DNA of 49,529 nucleotides. Source: Bernardetia sp. Its GTDB lineage: Bacteria > Bacteroidota > Bacteroidia > Cytophagales > Bernardetiaceae. The first letter of the stretch is position 1; the number at the start of each line of letters is the position of its first letter. Below, one piece after another: positions 28,612-37,733 of the stretch. A program made the position numbers and the translations under genes. The stretch covers positions 64,001 through 113,529 of the forward strand of contig NZ_JAHDIG010000005.1 of NCBI RefSeq assembly GCF_020630935.1, in the 5' to 3' direction. A model generated the notes under the pieces. It had not been told where the DNA came from. It made no database searches and saw only the letters and a list, made by a program, of their open reading frames with translations.

Positions 28612-28683
28612 AGCCAACGATGGGAATTGAACCCACGACCTCTTCCTTACCAAGGAAGCGCTCTACCCCTGAGCTACATCGGC
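28612..28683 (-). tRNA. tRNA-Thr (anticodon GGT)
   Basis: Cloverleaf read by hand: GCCGATGTAGCTCAGGGGTAGAGCGCTTCCTTGGTAAGGAAGAGGTCGTGGGTTCAATTCCCATCGTTGGCT. Both the T-arm GTGGG-TTCAATT-CCCAT and the acceptor stem GCCGATG/CGTTGGC require G-U wobble pairs, and the anticodon loop is CTTGGTAAG. Confidence 0.85.
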
Positions 28684-28835
28684 TTATAGCACTATACAAA
28701 CTTTCCATACTCTATTATCTTTATTTAAAATTTTGAAAATTTTAAAATCAGAACATAGTGAAAAGTTTGTATTCAATTAGTGTTATCTAATGCTGCTATA
28801 AAAAATACCAATAGTTACGTATCAGATTATATTTG

Positions 28836-28908
28836 AGCGAGAGACGAGGCTCGAACCCGCGACCTACAGCTTGGAAGGCTGTCGCTCTACCAACTGAGCT
28901 ACTCTCGC
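28836..28908 (-). tRNA. tRNA-Gly (anticodon TCC)
   Basis: GCGAGAGTAGCTCAGTTGGTAGAGC...anticodon loop CTTCCAA...TTCGAGC T-loop, acceptor stem GCGAGAG/CTCTCGC. Confidence 0.85.
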
Positions 28909-29016
28909 TTATTAATTTAGATTGAAATTAAAATTAATTTCAAAATTTGGTTTTGTTTGATATGAATCAAATATTTATTCCTAATGAATAAATGATAGTT
29001 TAATGAAAACTATTTG

Positions 29017-29099
29017 TGGGGGGAGCAGGATTCGAACCTGCGAAGAAATTAATCAACGGATTTACAGTCCGTCCCAGTTGGCCGCTTTGGTATCCCCCC
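29017..29099 (-). tRNA. tRNA-Tyr (anticodon GTA), long variable arm
   Basis: GGGGGGATACCAAAGCGGCCAACTGGGACGGACTGTAAATCCGT...GCAGGTTCGAATCCTGCTCCCCCCA; type II tRNA with an 83-nt length. Confidence 0.85.
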
Positions 29100-29357
29100 A
29101 ACTGAATTTGCTTTGTTTTTAACACTTAGTTTGTGTGTTAAAGCGAGTGCAAAAGTATAGACTTTATTTTTACAATCCAAATTTTTGAGTAAAAAAAATG
29201 AATTATTTTTTTGTTACCTCGTTTAAAGAAGCTGCAAAGCACATTTTGTAGTCTTTGTTTGTATAATTCGTTTTGATAATTTTTCGTTCCATTTTTTTTA
29301 AAAACAGAACGAAAAATTAAAATATTTTACAACACCTAACCTTTTGTTAGAGTCTTT

Positions 29358-29729
29358 TTAGTTTCCTGCTTTTCCGTCTTCATTTGGATCAGAAGGATTA
29401 GTTACTTCATTTTGTTCTAATTGAGTTCCTCCATCAAGTTGATTTGGAACAACTTGTTCTTTGGCTTTCTCAATGTTTGGACTGATATAAGTTGGTGCTT
29501 TTGCATCTGTAAGGAGAGTTGCTCCAATACTTCCAACAAAAACAATAGCTATAAGTGTCCAAGTAATTTTTTCCATTATGTTAGTAGTGTTTTTTGCTCC
29601 CATAATTTGGTTTGCTCCTGCACCTCCAAATTCTTTAGAGATTCCACTACCTTTTGGTTCTTGAGCTAGTACGACTACCATCAGAAGAATAGCAACAAAA
29701 AGTACTATGCTTATTAAAACGTATAACAT
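29358..29729 (-). CDS. secG: Preprotein translocase subunit SecG
   Basis: 123 aa with an N-terminal TM helix, ..AQEPKGSGISKEFGGAG.., a second TM helix and a low-complexity tail. Confidence 0.7.
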   Translation of the reverse strand: MLYVLISIVLFVAILLMVVVLAQEPKGSGISKEFGGAGANQIMGAKNTTNIMEKITWTLIAIVFVGSIGATLLTDAKAPTYISPNIEKAKEQVVPNQLDGGTQLEQNEVTNPSDPNEDGKAGN

Positions 29730-29852
29730 ATATTTTGCTTTTACTTTATATCTCGGATTTCAAATTTTGATTTTCTCAAACGTATATGTTTCTGCTTTTA
29801 GAAATTATTTGAGGTTGCAAAGGAACTACTTTTTTATGTAAAATCAAAGAAA

Positions 29853-29880
29853 AATTACGAATTACGAATTACGAATTCTT
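29853..29880. repeat. Tandem heptamer array AATTACG AATTACG AATTACG AATTCTT
   Basis: Three perfect units plus one degenerate unit, between the secG start and the DUF1343 stop. Confidence 0.75.
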
Positions 29881-29964
29881 AAATTGTTGATTAACAATAG
29901 TTTTTTGTGTCCTTATTTAGTCAAAATTTAATTAAAGGCAAGTCATTTTGAGGTATTTTTTTAT

Positions 29965-31233
29965 TTATTCAAAATCTTGATAGAGCAAATATTTTTTTCT
30001 CATTTTTTTATAGTTTTCCAAATTTTCTTGCCAAGTAGCTTTAATTTCTTGCTCTGATTTTCCTTCTTTTATTTGAGCTTGCAATTTTTCATTTCCTGCT
30101 AACGTATTGAAGTAAGAGTTGAAGAAATTACTTTCTAATTCATTTTTTTTCATTATTTCATAGAAATTTAGAATAGGCTTCAAGGAGAAATTACCTTCTA
30201 ATTCATTTGGAGTGTATTTTATTCCATAACACAACTTATCTTGAAAAGGTGGATATTTTGCACCTTCATTGGGGATGGGGGTAAATGAGATGTTAGAATT
30301 TTCCTTTGGGAATTTTGGATGTCCTGTTACTTCAAAAGGAAAATCTGTTCCACGTCCTACACTCATAGTTGTTCCTTCAAATAAACACAAAGAAGGATAA
30401 AGCAATATTGAACTTTGAGTTGGGAGGTTGGGCGACGGAGCAATTTTCAATGTATATCTGTCTTTATGAGAATAGTTTTGGCAAGGAATGACGATTAAAT
30501 TTTCTCCTAATTGGTTTTGATTTTTGAGCCATTTTTCTCCTTCAATCATTTTGGCAAGTTCGCCTACTGTTAGTCCATGAACGATGGGAATTGGGTGCAT
30601 TCCAACAAAAGATTTGAATTTTTCTTCTCTGATGCAGCCATCTATATAAAAACCATTAGGATTTGGACGGTCTAAGATAATTATTTGCTTATCATTTTCA
30701 GCAGCAGCTTCCATACAATAGTCCATCGTACTGATATAAGTATAAAATCTTGCGCCTACATCTTGAATATCGAAGACTAGAACATCAATATTTTCTAGTT
30801 GCTCTTTTGTTGGTTTTTTATTTTTCCCATAAAGTGAAATTATATCAATTCCTGTTTTGGTGTCTTTTCCATTTTTTATAGTTTCCCCTGCACTAGCAGT
30901 TCCACGAAAACCATGTTCTGGAGCAAAAATAGTTTGAATATTAATTTGATTTTCTATTAGGAAATCTACTAAATGTATTGAGTCTTGCTTATTATCAATC
31001 ACAGAAGTATGATTGACAATCATTCCGACACGTTTATTTTTTATTTTATCGAAATATTTTTCTGTTTGTTCTGCACCTATGACTACTAATTTTGGTTCAA
31101 TATCTTTATCAATAACTTCTTTTTTCTGAATTTGAGTAGTGTCATTTTCTTTTGATATCGCCATTTTATTATTAGAGCTACAAGAAAAAAATAACAATAG
31201 TATTGGAAATATATAGATAAAGGGCAGTTTCAT
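29965..31233 (-). CDS. DUF1343-family protein (YbbC/NamZ-like exo-N-acetylmuramidase family), secreted/lipoprotein
   Basis: 422 aa with a lipobox signal LLLFFSC. Overall conservation fits DUF1343, and murQ is also in the window. Confidence 0.6.
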   Translation of the reverse strand: MKLPFIYIFPILLLFFSCSSNNKMAISKENDTTQIQKKEVIDKDIEPKLVVIGAEQTEKYFDKIKNKRVGMIVNHTSVIDNKQDSIHLVDFLIENQINIQTIFAPEHGFRGTASAGETIKNGKDTKTGIDIISLYGKNKKPTKEQLENIDVLVFDIQDVGARFYTYISTMDYCMEAAAENDKQIIILDRPNPNGFYIDGCIREEKFKSFVGMHPIPIVHGLTVGELAKMIEGEKWLKNQNQLGENLIVIPCQNYSHKDRYTLKIAPSPNLPTQSSILLYPSLCLFEGTTMSVGRGTDFPFEVTGHPKFPKENSNISFTPIPNEGAKYPPFQDKLCYGIKYTPNELEGNFSLKPILNFYEIMKKNELESNFFNSYFNTLAGNEKLQAQIKEGKSEQEIKATWQENLENYKKMRKKYLLYQDFE

Positions 31234-31415
31234 TTTGTATAGTCTAGGTAAGGAAATATTTTGAAAAAAATGTTAGAACTAAATTTTGCTTCAACAAACA
31301 TTTTAAAAAAAAAATGGTTGGGAAGTAGTTACTACTATTTAAAATTACTATTTTTATCGTCTAACAGAAAATAATTTTCAATATTCCATTTTTTCAACTG
31401 AAACTTTTATCCCTC

Positions 31416-31997
31416 GTGAACAAACAAAAAATTATAGAACAAATTAAGAGCTATTTTGGAATAAATGCTCTAACAAAAGAAGTACAGATTTATATTGATT
31501 TAAAAAGAGAAATTGTCAAAACATCGGTAGTTGATGGTTCTGCAAAGGCTATTCATGGAGCAATTAAGGGAATTGGTTTTTTGTTTCTAGGACTTTGTAT
31601 TTTTCTGTTTTTAAACTTAATGTTGGGCTTTGGTATTAGTGAATGGTTTTTTAGAGGGAAATATTGGACAGGTTTTTCTATTCTGACGGGTTTTTATGTT
31701 TTGCTGGCTATTATTTTTGCAGCCTTGCAATCTATGATTAAAAGAAAAGTGGAAGATGGTATAGAAAAGGGCATAAAAGGAACTCCTTTAGAACTCAAGA
31801 CCATTCCTCAAATATTATATCCTAACTCTGAAACTCGTAAAAATATAGAGAAAGGAATAATGAAGGAGGATGTGCGTCATGAAAAAGTATCTCCTTCTCT
31901 GACTGAGGAAGAAGCAAAAAAAGCTCTTATAGAACAAGTAAACGAAGAAACTGAAATGCTAAATGAACAAATAAAGAAGGATATAAAAGGCGAATAA
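31416..31997 (+). CDS. Hypothetical membrane protein (two central TM helices, charged coiled-coil tail); GTG start
   Basis: 193 aa with GIGFLFLGLCIFLFLNLMLGFGI and FSILTGFYVLLAIIFAAL. No in-frame ATG is available at the N-terminus, so the start is GTG. Confidence 0.45.
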   Translation: MNKQKIIEQIKSYFGINALTKEVQIYIDLKREIVKTSVVDGSAKAIHGAIKGIGFLFLGLCIFLFLNLMLGFGISEWFFRGKYWTGFSILTGFYVLLAIIFAALQSMIKRKVEDGIEKGIKGTPLELKTIPQILYPNSETRKNIEKGIMKEDVRHEKVSPSLTEEEAKKALIEQVNEETEMLNEQIKKDIKGE

Positions 31998-32053
31998 TAG
32001 CTACAATTATATAACCTTTTTTATATTTTTTACCTTACACTATTTTTTTAACG

Positions 32054-32524
32054 ATGAACAAATCATTAGAAGCACATAAACAAGAATTACAAAACTTGCA
32101 AGCTGCTCACACAAACGAACTAAAAGAGCAATTAGGAGATACAAAAAATGTAACAGTCAATGTTGCCAAACTAGCTTTAATAGGTGGAGCTTCGGCTTAT
32201 GTAGGTATTAAACTAACTGGGTTTGTTTTGGGGAAAGTATTTGGAAAAAAGAAAAACAATGAACCACAAGTCATTTATCTACAAGCACCAGAAAGTACTT
32301 CCTCAAATAAAAGTTATAAGAAGGAAAAAGCAAAAAAATCCTTTTGGAAAGGTATTGCAGCCTCTGCTTGGGCAACTTTATTGCCTTTAGCGACTGCGTA
32401 TGCAAAAAAAGAAGGATCTAAGGTAGCAGAAAAACAGCTTCAAAAGTTATTAGAAAAATATAAAAACCAAATTCCTATGGAAAAACTAGAAAAACTAGGT
32501 TTGGATAAGTTTTTCAAATCATAA
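32054..32524 (+). CDS. Hypothetical membrane-associated protein (coiled coil, one TM helix, Lys-rich)
   Basis: 156 aa with LALIGGASAYVGIKLTGFVLGKVF; co-directional with the 31416 gene 56 bp upstream. Confidence 0.45.
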   Translation: MNKSLEAHKQELQNLQAAHTNELKEQLGDTKNVTVNVAKLALIGGASAYVGIKLTGFVLGKVFGKKKNNEPQVIYLQAPESTSSNKSYKKEKAKKSFWKGIAASAWATLLPLATAYAKKEGSKVAEKQLQKLLEKYKNQIPMEKLEKLGLDKFFKS

Positions 32525-33514
32525 TTCTTTTGAAATAATGTAATCATTTCTTTCAGTAGAATGAATAACAATCATTTCTGCAATAAAACCTGCTAGGAAA
32601 AGCTGTGTTCCGACACCAATAGCTAAGAGAGAAATATAAAAAATAGGCATATCGACAGGCTCACGAACGTGTATTCCCAAGAATTTTTCTAGCAAGAGCC
32701 AAAAAGCAATTCCAAATCCGATAAAGAAAGAAAGCAAACCCAATGTACCAAAAAAGTGCATTGGTTTTTTCTTGAAACGTGTGATAAAGGTAACAGAAAG
32801 AAGGTCTAAAAGTCCGTTTGTGAAGCGTTCTAATCCAAATTTTGTACTTCCAAACTGTCTTGCACGGTGTTCGACTACTTTTTCACCTATTTTTGTAAAG
32901 CCATTCCATTTTGCCAACACAGGAATATAACGATGCATTTCGCCATAGACATTTAATGTTCGAACAACATCAATTTTGTAGGCTTTTAGTCCACAGTTAA
33001 AATCATTGAGCTTTATTCCAGAAAAGGCACGAGTGGCTGCATTGAAAAGTTTGGTAGGAAGCGTTTTGGAAAGTGGGTCGTGGCGTTTTTTCTTCCAACC
33101 CGAAATTAAATCATAGTTTTGATTTTTAATTAGGTCGTAGAGTTCTGGAATTTCATCTGGACTGTCTTGTAAGTCTGCATCCATTGTAATTACGACTTCG
33201 CCTTTTGCTACTCTAAAACCTGCATCTAAGGCTGCCGATTTTCCATAATTTCTTGAAAAACAGATTCCTCTAACATTAGCATTTTGAGATGAAATTTCTT
33301 CAATAACTTTCCAAGATTTATCTGTACTTCCATCGTTTATAAAAATAATTTCATACGAAAAATTATTTTTCTCCATTACTTTTACAATCCATTCGTGCAG
33401 AGGAGGAAGCGATTCGTCTTCATTGAAGAGAGGTATAACAATAGAAATTTGTAAAGGAGTAAGGTCAGACATACTTTGAGAGAAAAGATAAAATAATTCG
33501 TGTATTTTTGTCAA
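32519..33514 (-). CDS. Family 2 glycosyltransferase (polyprenyl-phosphate sugar transferase, GtrB/ArnC-like) with C-terminal TM helices
   Basis: 331 aa with SIVIPLFNEDE, DGSTD, DADLQD and a two-helix C-terminal membrane anchor. Confidence 0.75.
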   Translation of the reverse strand: MTKIHELFYLFSQSMSDLTPLQISIVIPLFNEDESLPPLHEWIVKVMEKNNFSYEIIFINDGSTDKSWKVIEEISSQNANVRGICFSRNYGKSAALDAGFRVAKGEVVITMDADLQDSPDEIPELYDLIKNQNYDLISGWKKKRHDPLSKTLPTKLFNAATRAFSGIKLNDFNCGLKAYKIDVVRTLNVYGEMHRYIPVLAKWNGFTKIGEKVVEHRARQFGSTKFGLERFTNGLLDLLSVTFITRFKKKPMHFFGTLGLLSFFIGFGIAFWLLLEKFLGIHVREPVDMPIFYISLLAIGVGTQLFLAGFIAEMIVIHSTERNDYIISKEL

Positions 33515-33563
33515 GACAAATTTACATACTAAAATAGATAAACGCTGATTTTTATTCTAAATT

Positions 33564-34082
33564 ATGAAAAAAACAACCATTCGTAGAGCCACAGAAAAAG
33601 ATGTTCCTCAAATTTTTGAACTGATTGTAGAGTTGGCAATTTATGAAAAAGCTGAACATGAGGTAACTACAACACCAGAGCAGATGCTTCTTGATGGCTT
33701 TAGTTCGACTCCCTCCTACGGAGCAATCGTGGCAGAGCAAGAAGGGAAAATTATAGGTTTCTCATTGTTTTATATTCGTTATTCGACATGGAAAGGACGC
33801 TGCTTATATTTAGAAGATTTTTTGGTAAATGAAGAATATAGAGGAGAGGGCATAGGAAAGCTACTTTTTGAAGCTACTATTTTAGAAGCCAAAAAACAGA
33901 AGACTAACATGATGACGTGGCAAGTATTGGATTGGAATACACCAGCCATTAAGTTTTATGAACGTTGGGATGCTACTCTTGACGGAGAATGGATAAACTG
34001 TAAATTCTACCAAGACTACTTGGATAACTACAAAGTAAGATTTTTAGATAAATTGGATAAAAGCAAGGTTTTTTTAGATTAA
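33564..34082 (+). CDS. GNAT-family N-acetyltransferase
   Basis: 172 aa with the acetyl-CoA-binding motif EEYRGEGIGKLLF. Confidence 0.75.
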   Translation: MKKTTIRRATEKDVPQIFELIVELAIYEKAEHEVTTTPEQMLLDGFSSTPSYGAIVAEQEGKIIGFSLFYIRYSTWKGRCLYLEDFLVNEEYRGEGIGKLLFEATILEAKKQKTNMMTWQVLDWNTPAIKFYERWDATLDGEWINCKFYQDYLDNYKVRFLDKLDKSKVFLD

Positions 34083-34107
34083 ATTGCTTTTCTGATTTAG
34101 AAAAAAA

Positions 34108-34662
34108 TTATTTTCTTCCTCTTGCATTGGGTGTTTCATTTCGTGTAGGAGGAGGACTCATATCCAAAGGACTAGGAATATCATTGAGACTTTCTGTAAC
34201 GCCAAATCGCTTCATCGATTCTTTATTGTAAGCAACAGCTGCCAGTTCGGGCGTATCATAAACACCTAAATAAATGCGTTCGCCTTGGTCGTAGATGATG
34301 GCTCTGTATTTTTTTCCATCTTTCGAAACACCTCTATAATTATTAGGAGTATGGTTGGTTTGGTGGCGACGAAGCTCAGACATAGTAGCCCACTCTAGGT
34401 TATCTATTTGGCAGTTTAGTTTGTTAGAATCCAACATACGAACAAATAGCCTCTTGTCTGTATCTTGTTTCTTTACAAAGTTATCAGCCAATATTTTGTG
34501 CATATAAAGCGTCTGAATTTTGCCAAACTTCATTTGTTGAAGTACAGCATAGCCAGCAGAATGTAAACGCCAACCTTCGTGGATTCCTTTTTTTCGTAGA
34601 AATAAGAAGCCCTGACGGCAGAGTTTTACTTTTTTATCGGAATTGGTAAGGTCTATATGCAT
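34108..34662 (-). CDS. HNH (HNH_3-type) endonuclease domain fused to an AP2 DNA-binding domain; homing-endonuclease-like
   Basis: 184 aa. The N-terminal half has the HNH_3-like pattern ..GY.V...K.....H.......VRMLDSNKLNCQIDNLE..T. The C-terminal half has AP2 signatures YRGVSKDGKKYRAIIYDQGERIYLGVYDTPELAAVAYN. Confidence 0.65.
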   Translation of the reverse strand: MHIDLTNSDKKVKLCRQGFLFLRKKGIHEGWRLHSAGYAVLQQMKFGKIQTLYMHKILADNFVKKQDTDKRLFVRMLDSNKLNCQIDNLEWATMSELRRHQTNHTPNNYRGVSKDGKKYRAIIYDQGERIYLGVYDTPELAAVAYNKESMKRFGVTESLNDIPSPLDMSPPPTRNETPNARGRK

Positions 34663-34854
34663 GACAGAATAGGAATAATTTTAGTGAGGATGTTTTTCAA
34701 TTACAAAAGTACAAAATTGCGACTAAAATAAGTAGTAGATGTGAGCAAATACCTACTAATAAAGCGTTTAGAACCTCATAAGTTATATCAGAATAAATCA
34801 TGACATAGTCATTTTTATTTCTATTCTGTCAGTTATTTTTCAAGACATATAAGT

Positions 34855-35367
34855 CTAGCTGTTATCAGCATTCTTTACTAGTGCTGGTGTTACTTCTGGA
34901 ATAGGAAGCGAATCGCTATCTTTAATTGTATTGAGAATAACAAGAGTTTGCATATTATCCACTTCAGCAATTTCGCTAATCTTATTCATAATAAGGCTTT
35001 GGTAAGAGTCAATATCTTTAGAAACTACTTTCAAAACATAATCGCTAGAACCTGTAACATAATGACATTCTACAATTTCGTCAATTTCCTGTACTTGCTT
35101 CACAAAACTCTCATTACTTGCTTTGTTGTGCTTGTTTAGTTTCACACTTACAAAAGTGGCTACTCCCAAGCCTAGTTTTTGAGCATCCAAACGAGCATGA
35201 TAACTTTGTATATAGCCAGCATTTTCTAATTTCTTTACTCGCTCAAGTGTAGGAGCTGGAGAAAGGTTGATGTCTTTAGAAAGTTGAGCATTTGTAATTT
35301 TGGCGTTTTCTTGTAGGATTTCCAAAATCTGTTTATCTATGTGGTCTATTCTATAGTGCAATGCCAT
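34855..35367 (-). CDS. Lrp/AsnC-family transcriptional regulator
   Basis: 170 aa with the N-terminal HTH ILQENAKITNAQLSKDINLSPAPTLERVKKLE and a C-terminal RAM domain. Confidence 0.8.
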   Translation of the reverse strand: MALHYRIDHIDKQILEILQENAKITNAQLSKDINLSPAPTLERVKKLENAGYIQSYHARLDAQKLGLGVATFVSVKLNKHNKASNESFVKQVQEIDEIVECHYVTGSSDYVLKVVSKDIDSYQSLIMNKISEIAEVDNMQTLVILNTIKDSDSLPIPEVTPALVKNADNS

Positions 35368-35518
35368 AAGTCAAAATTTCAAGTTAGTTTTTATATGTAA
35401 ATAACGCATACCAACCAGTAAACGTTTTAATTAAGACACAAAATTATATAAAACTTTAATTAGATACTAACCAAATAAATGAAGTTTTTGGACTATATAG
35501 CATTATAATCTTTGGAAA

Positions 35519-37360
35519 TTATGTGTCTGAGGGCAACCAAAAGGAGAAAGTAGCTCCCTGTTCTGGCTGACTTTCTACCCAAATTTCTCCTTTATGAGCT
35601 TCTATAAACTCTCTACAAATAGCAAGTCCTAGCCCAGAACCTTTTTTATCGCCTTCTAACTCTGGTTCAGGAACTTGAAAATATTTTTCAAATACTTTTA
35701 GGTGATACATTTCAGCAATTCCTTTTCCTTTGTCGCTTACAGAAAAAGTAATTCCTCCTTCATCTGAAAATATACTTAATTTTACCTTTGACTTTGTTGG
35801 AGCATAACGAATTGCATTTGTCAAGAAATTGATAATAACCCATTTCAATTTGTCAATATCTGCAAAAAATATAGATAAATTGGTTGCAATATCCGCTTCT
35901 ATTGTTACTCGTTTTTGTTCTGCTGCTACTTTTACAGCTTGCATCACATAACTCAATACGCTTTCCAGTTCGACAGGTTGCAGATTTATTTTTATTTTTC
36001 CTGCTTCTATTTGAGATAGTTGGAGTATCTCGCCTGTAAGGGCAAAAAGTCGTTCAGTAGCTTGTTCTATATCTCCGACTAAGTCGTCTTGGTCTTCATT
36101 TAGCTCACCTATTCTCTTGTCTCTTAGTAGGTCTATACTTAATCGTGTGGCAGCTAAAGGAGTTTTTAGCTCGTGAGAAATGGTCGCTATAAAATGAGTT
36201 TTGGCTGCATCCATTTCTGTGAATTTCGTAACATTTTTTAGAATGATGATAAACCCAGAGAGGTCTTCGGTTTCGGGAAGGCTAATCACTTGCCTAGAAA
36301 AAAATAAATCTCTATCAGAAGAAGGAATTTTTACAGTCTTTTCTGCAAATAGTTTTCCTTTGCTCACTTCCATTAAATCTACCATAATATGATACAAAAT
36401 ATCATTATTTACCAATAGGTCTGGAATATATACATCAACTGCCTCCTCTTCCGACATATCAAGTAAAATTTCAGCTACTTGATTCATAAAAATAATTTTA
36501 TTTTGTGCGCTTATTCCGATGATTCCATCTTGAAGATGTTCTATAATAGCTTCAGTCCGTCTTTTTTCAATTAAGAGATTACCCAAATTTATGCTTTCAA
36601 ATTCAGCTATTTTTTTAGACATTTTATTGAAGGAGGTAGCAAGTTTGGCAAATTCATTTGTAGAGCCTACGTGTAAGCGAGCAGAATAATCTTTCTTACT
36701 CATCTGCTCTATTGCTAAACGAAGGTCATTTAAAGGTTTGGTTAGATATACAGGAAAATAAAAAATAAAACCAACCGTAATTAGTACACAAAAACCTCCT
36801 ATGATAGCCATATAAAGCAATGCTTCTTCTGTGTCTTTTTGGATAGAATCGTTTTTTTCTATGACTTTATTCTGATTAATTTCTCTAAGTTTATCTAAAT
36901 ACTCTCTTACAGGTAAAAAATTAAGTCTTAGTTTGGAATAATAAAGACTCATATTGGGTAGTGTGACTGTGGCATCTTGTCTTGTCTCATCGAAGTCTTT
37001 TACCAACTTATCATATCCTCTTGATAAAGAATCTAAATATATTTTTTCTTCCTCACTCTGCACTGTTAGATATAAAGAATCAATATAAGCAACTGTTAGA
37101 ATATCAGATTTTTTATAATCTCCGTAATTAAAACCTTGTTGCGCCACATATCGAAGTTGAGATGAAGATACTCCTTGAAATGATTCTGTGAGATGACGAA
37201 TAAAAAATAGTGTTTGGTAATTTTCTTTCAGAATCTTATTAGATGAAGTAGAAAGACTAGTCAAATAAAAAACAGACACACCACTAATAAGAATAATAAT
37301 TCCTAATAGAAATAGTAACCCTGTTGTTATGCGTGTACGTAAAGATGACTTAAATCCCAT
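35519..37360 (-). CDS. Membrane sensor histidine kinase (two TM helices, HAMP, PAS-like, HisKA, HATPase_c)
   Basis: 613 aa with the H-box ATISHELKTPL and the N, G1 and G2 boxes (NAIRYAP, DKGKGI, GSGLGLAI). No adjacent response regulator, so it is an orphan. Confidence 0.8.
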   Translation of the reverse strand: MGFKSSLRTRITTGLLFLLGIIILISGVSVFYLTSLSTSSNKILKENYQTLFFIRHLTESFQGVSSSQLRYVAQQGFNYGDYKKSDILTVAYIDSLYLTVQSEEEKIYLDSLSRGYDKLVKDFDETRQDATVTLPNMSLYYSKLRLNFLPVREYLDKLREINQNKVIEKNDSIQKDTEEALLYMAIIGGFCVLITVGFIFYFPVYLTKPLNDLRLAIEQMSKKDYSARLHVGSTNEFAKLATSFNKMSKKIAEFESINLGNLLIEKRRTEAIIEHLQDGIIGISAQNKIIFMNQVAEILLDMSEEEAVDVYIPDLLVNNDILYHIMVDLMEVSKGKLFAEKTVKIPSSDRDLFFSRQVISLPETEDLSGFIIILKNVTKFTEMDAAKTHFIATISHELKTPLAATRLSIDLLRDKRIGELNEDQDDLVGDIEQATERLFALTGEILQLSQIEAGKIKINLQPVELESVLSYVMQAVKVAAEQKRVTIEADIATNLSIFFADIDKLKWVIINFLTNAIRYAPTKSKVKLSIFSDEGGITFSVSDKGKGIAEMYHLKVFEKYFQVPEPELEGDKKGSGLGLAICREFIEAHKGEIWVESQPEQGATFSFWLPSDT

Positions 37361-37733
37361 GTTGAAGAACAGATAAACAAAAAATGTATCTGATGTTAGT
37401 TTTTGCTATTTTAGTTTTATAAAAATGACTGATAGCTTTAAATACCATCAAATATACAATAAAAAAATAGATTTAGTTTAATGGAGATTTTCAAAACTCT
37501 CCTATTATCAATTTTACAATATGCTAGTAATACTAACTTGAAGTACTATAATGATGTTTTTGTTTTTAAAAATAATTTTGACTGAAAGTTATTGATTTTT
37601 TCTATGTCCATTTGAATTAAACATTTTTATCTGACTTGCTCACAGTTGAAATTAGTTTATTCAAACTCTCTAAAAATTGCTACTTTTGTGTAATCAAATT
37701 CTAAATCGTTTTTCAATTCGCATTATCTAAACT

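Noticed and set aside
29280-29316. TTTTTCGTTC...GAACGAAAAA 10-bp inverted repeat downstream of secG as a terminator
   Set aside because: The loop is 17 nt and there is no clean U-run on the relevant strand. It may be a structural element, but there is not enough support to call it an intrinsic terminator.
34770-34782. ATGAC-ata-GTCAT palindrome upstream of the HNH-AP2 gene, resembling the TetR-associated ATGAC-N5-GTCAT
   Set aside because: Five-bp arms with variable spacer are expected by chance more than 100 times in 49 kb of AT-rich sequence, so it is noted only as weak supporting context and not reported as a feature.
37600-37660. GCTCACAG heptamer in the HK/purL intergenic region, resembling the CTCACAGAA box of the structured element
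   Set aside because: Only a 7-8-nt match, with no flanking core similarity or terminal stems; probably coincidental.
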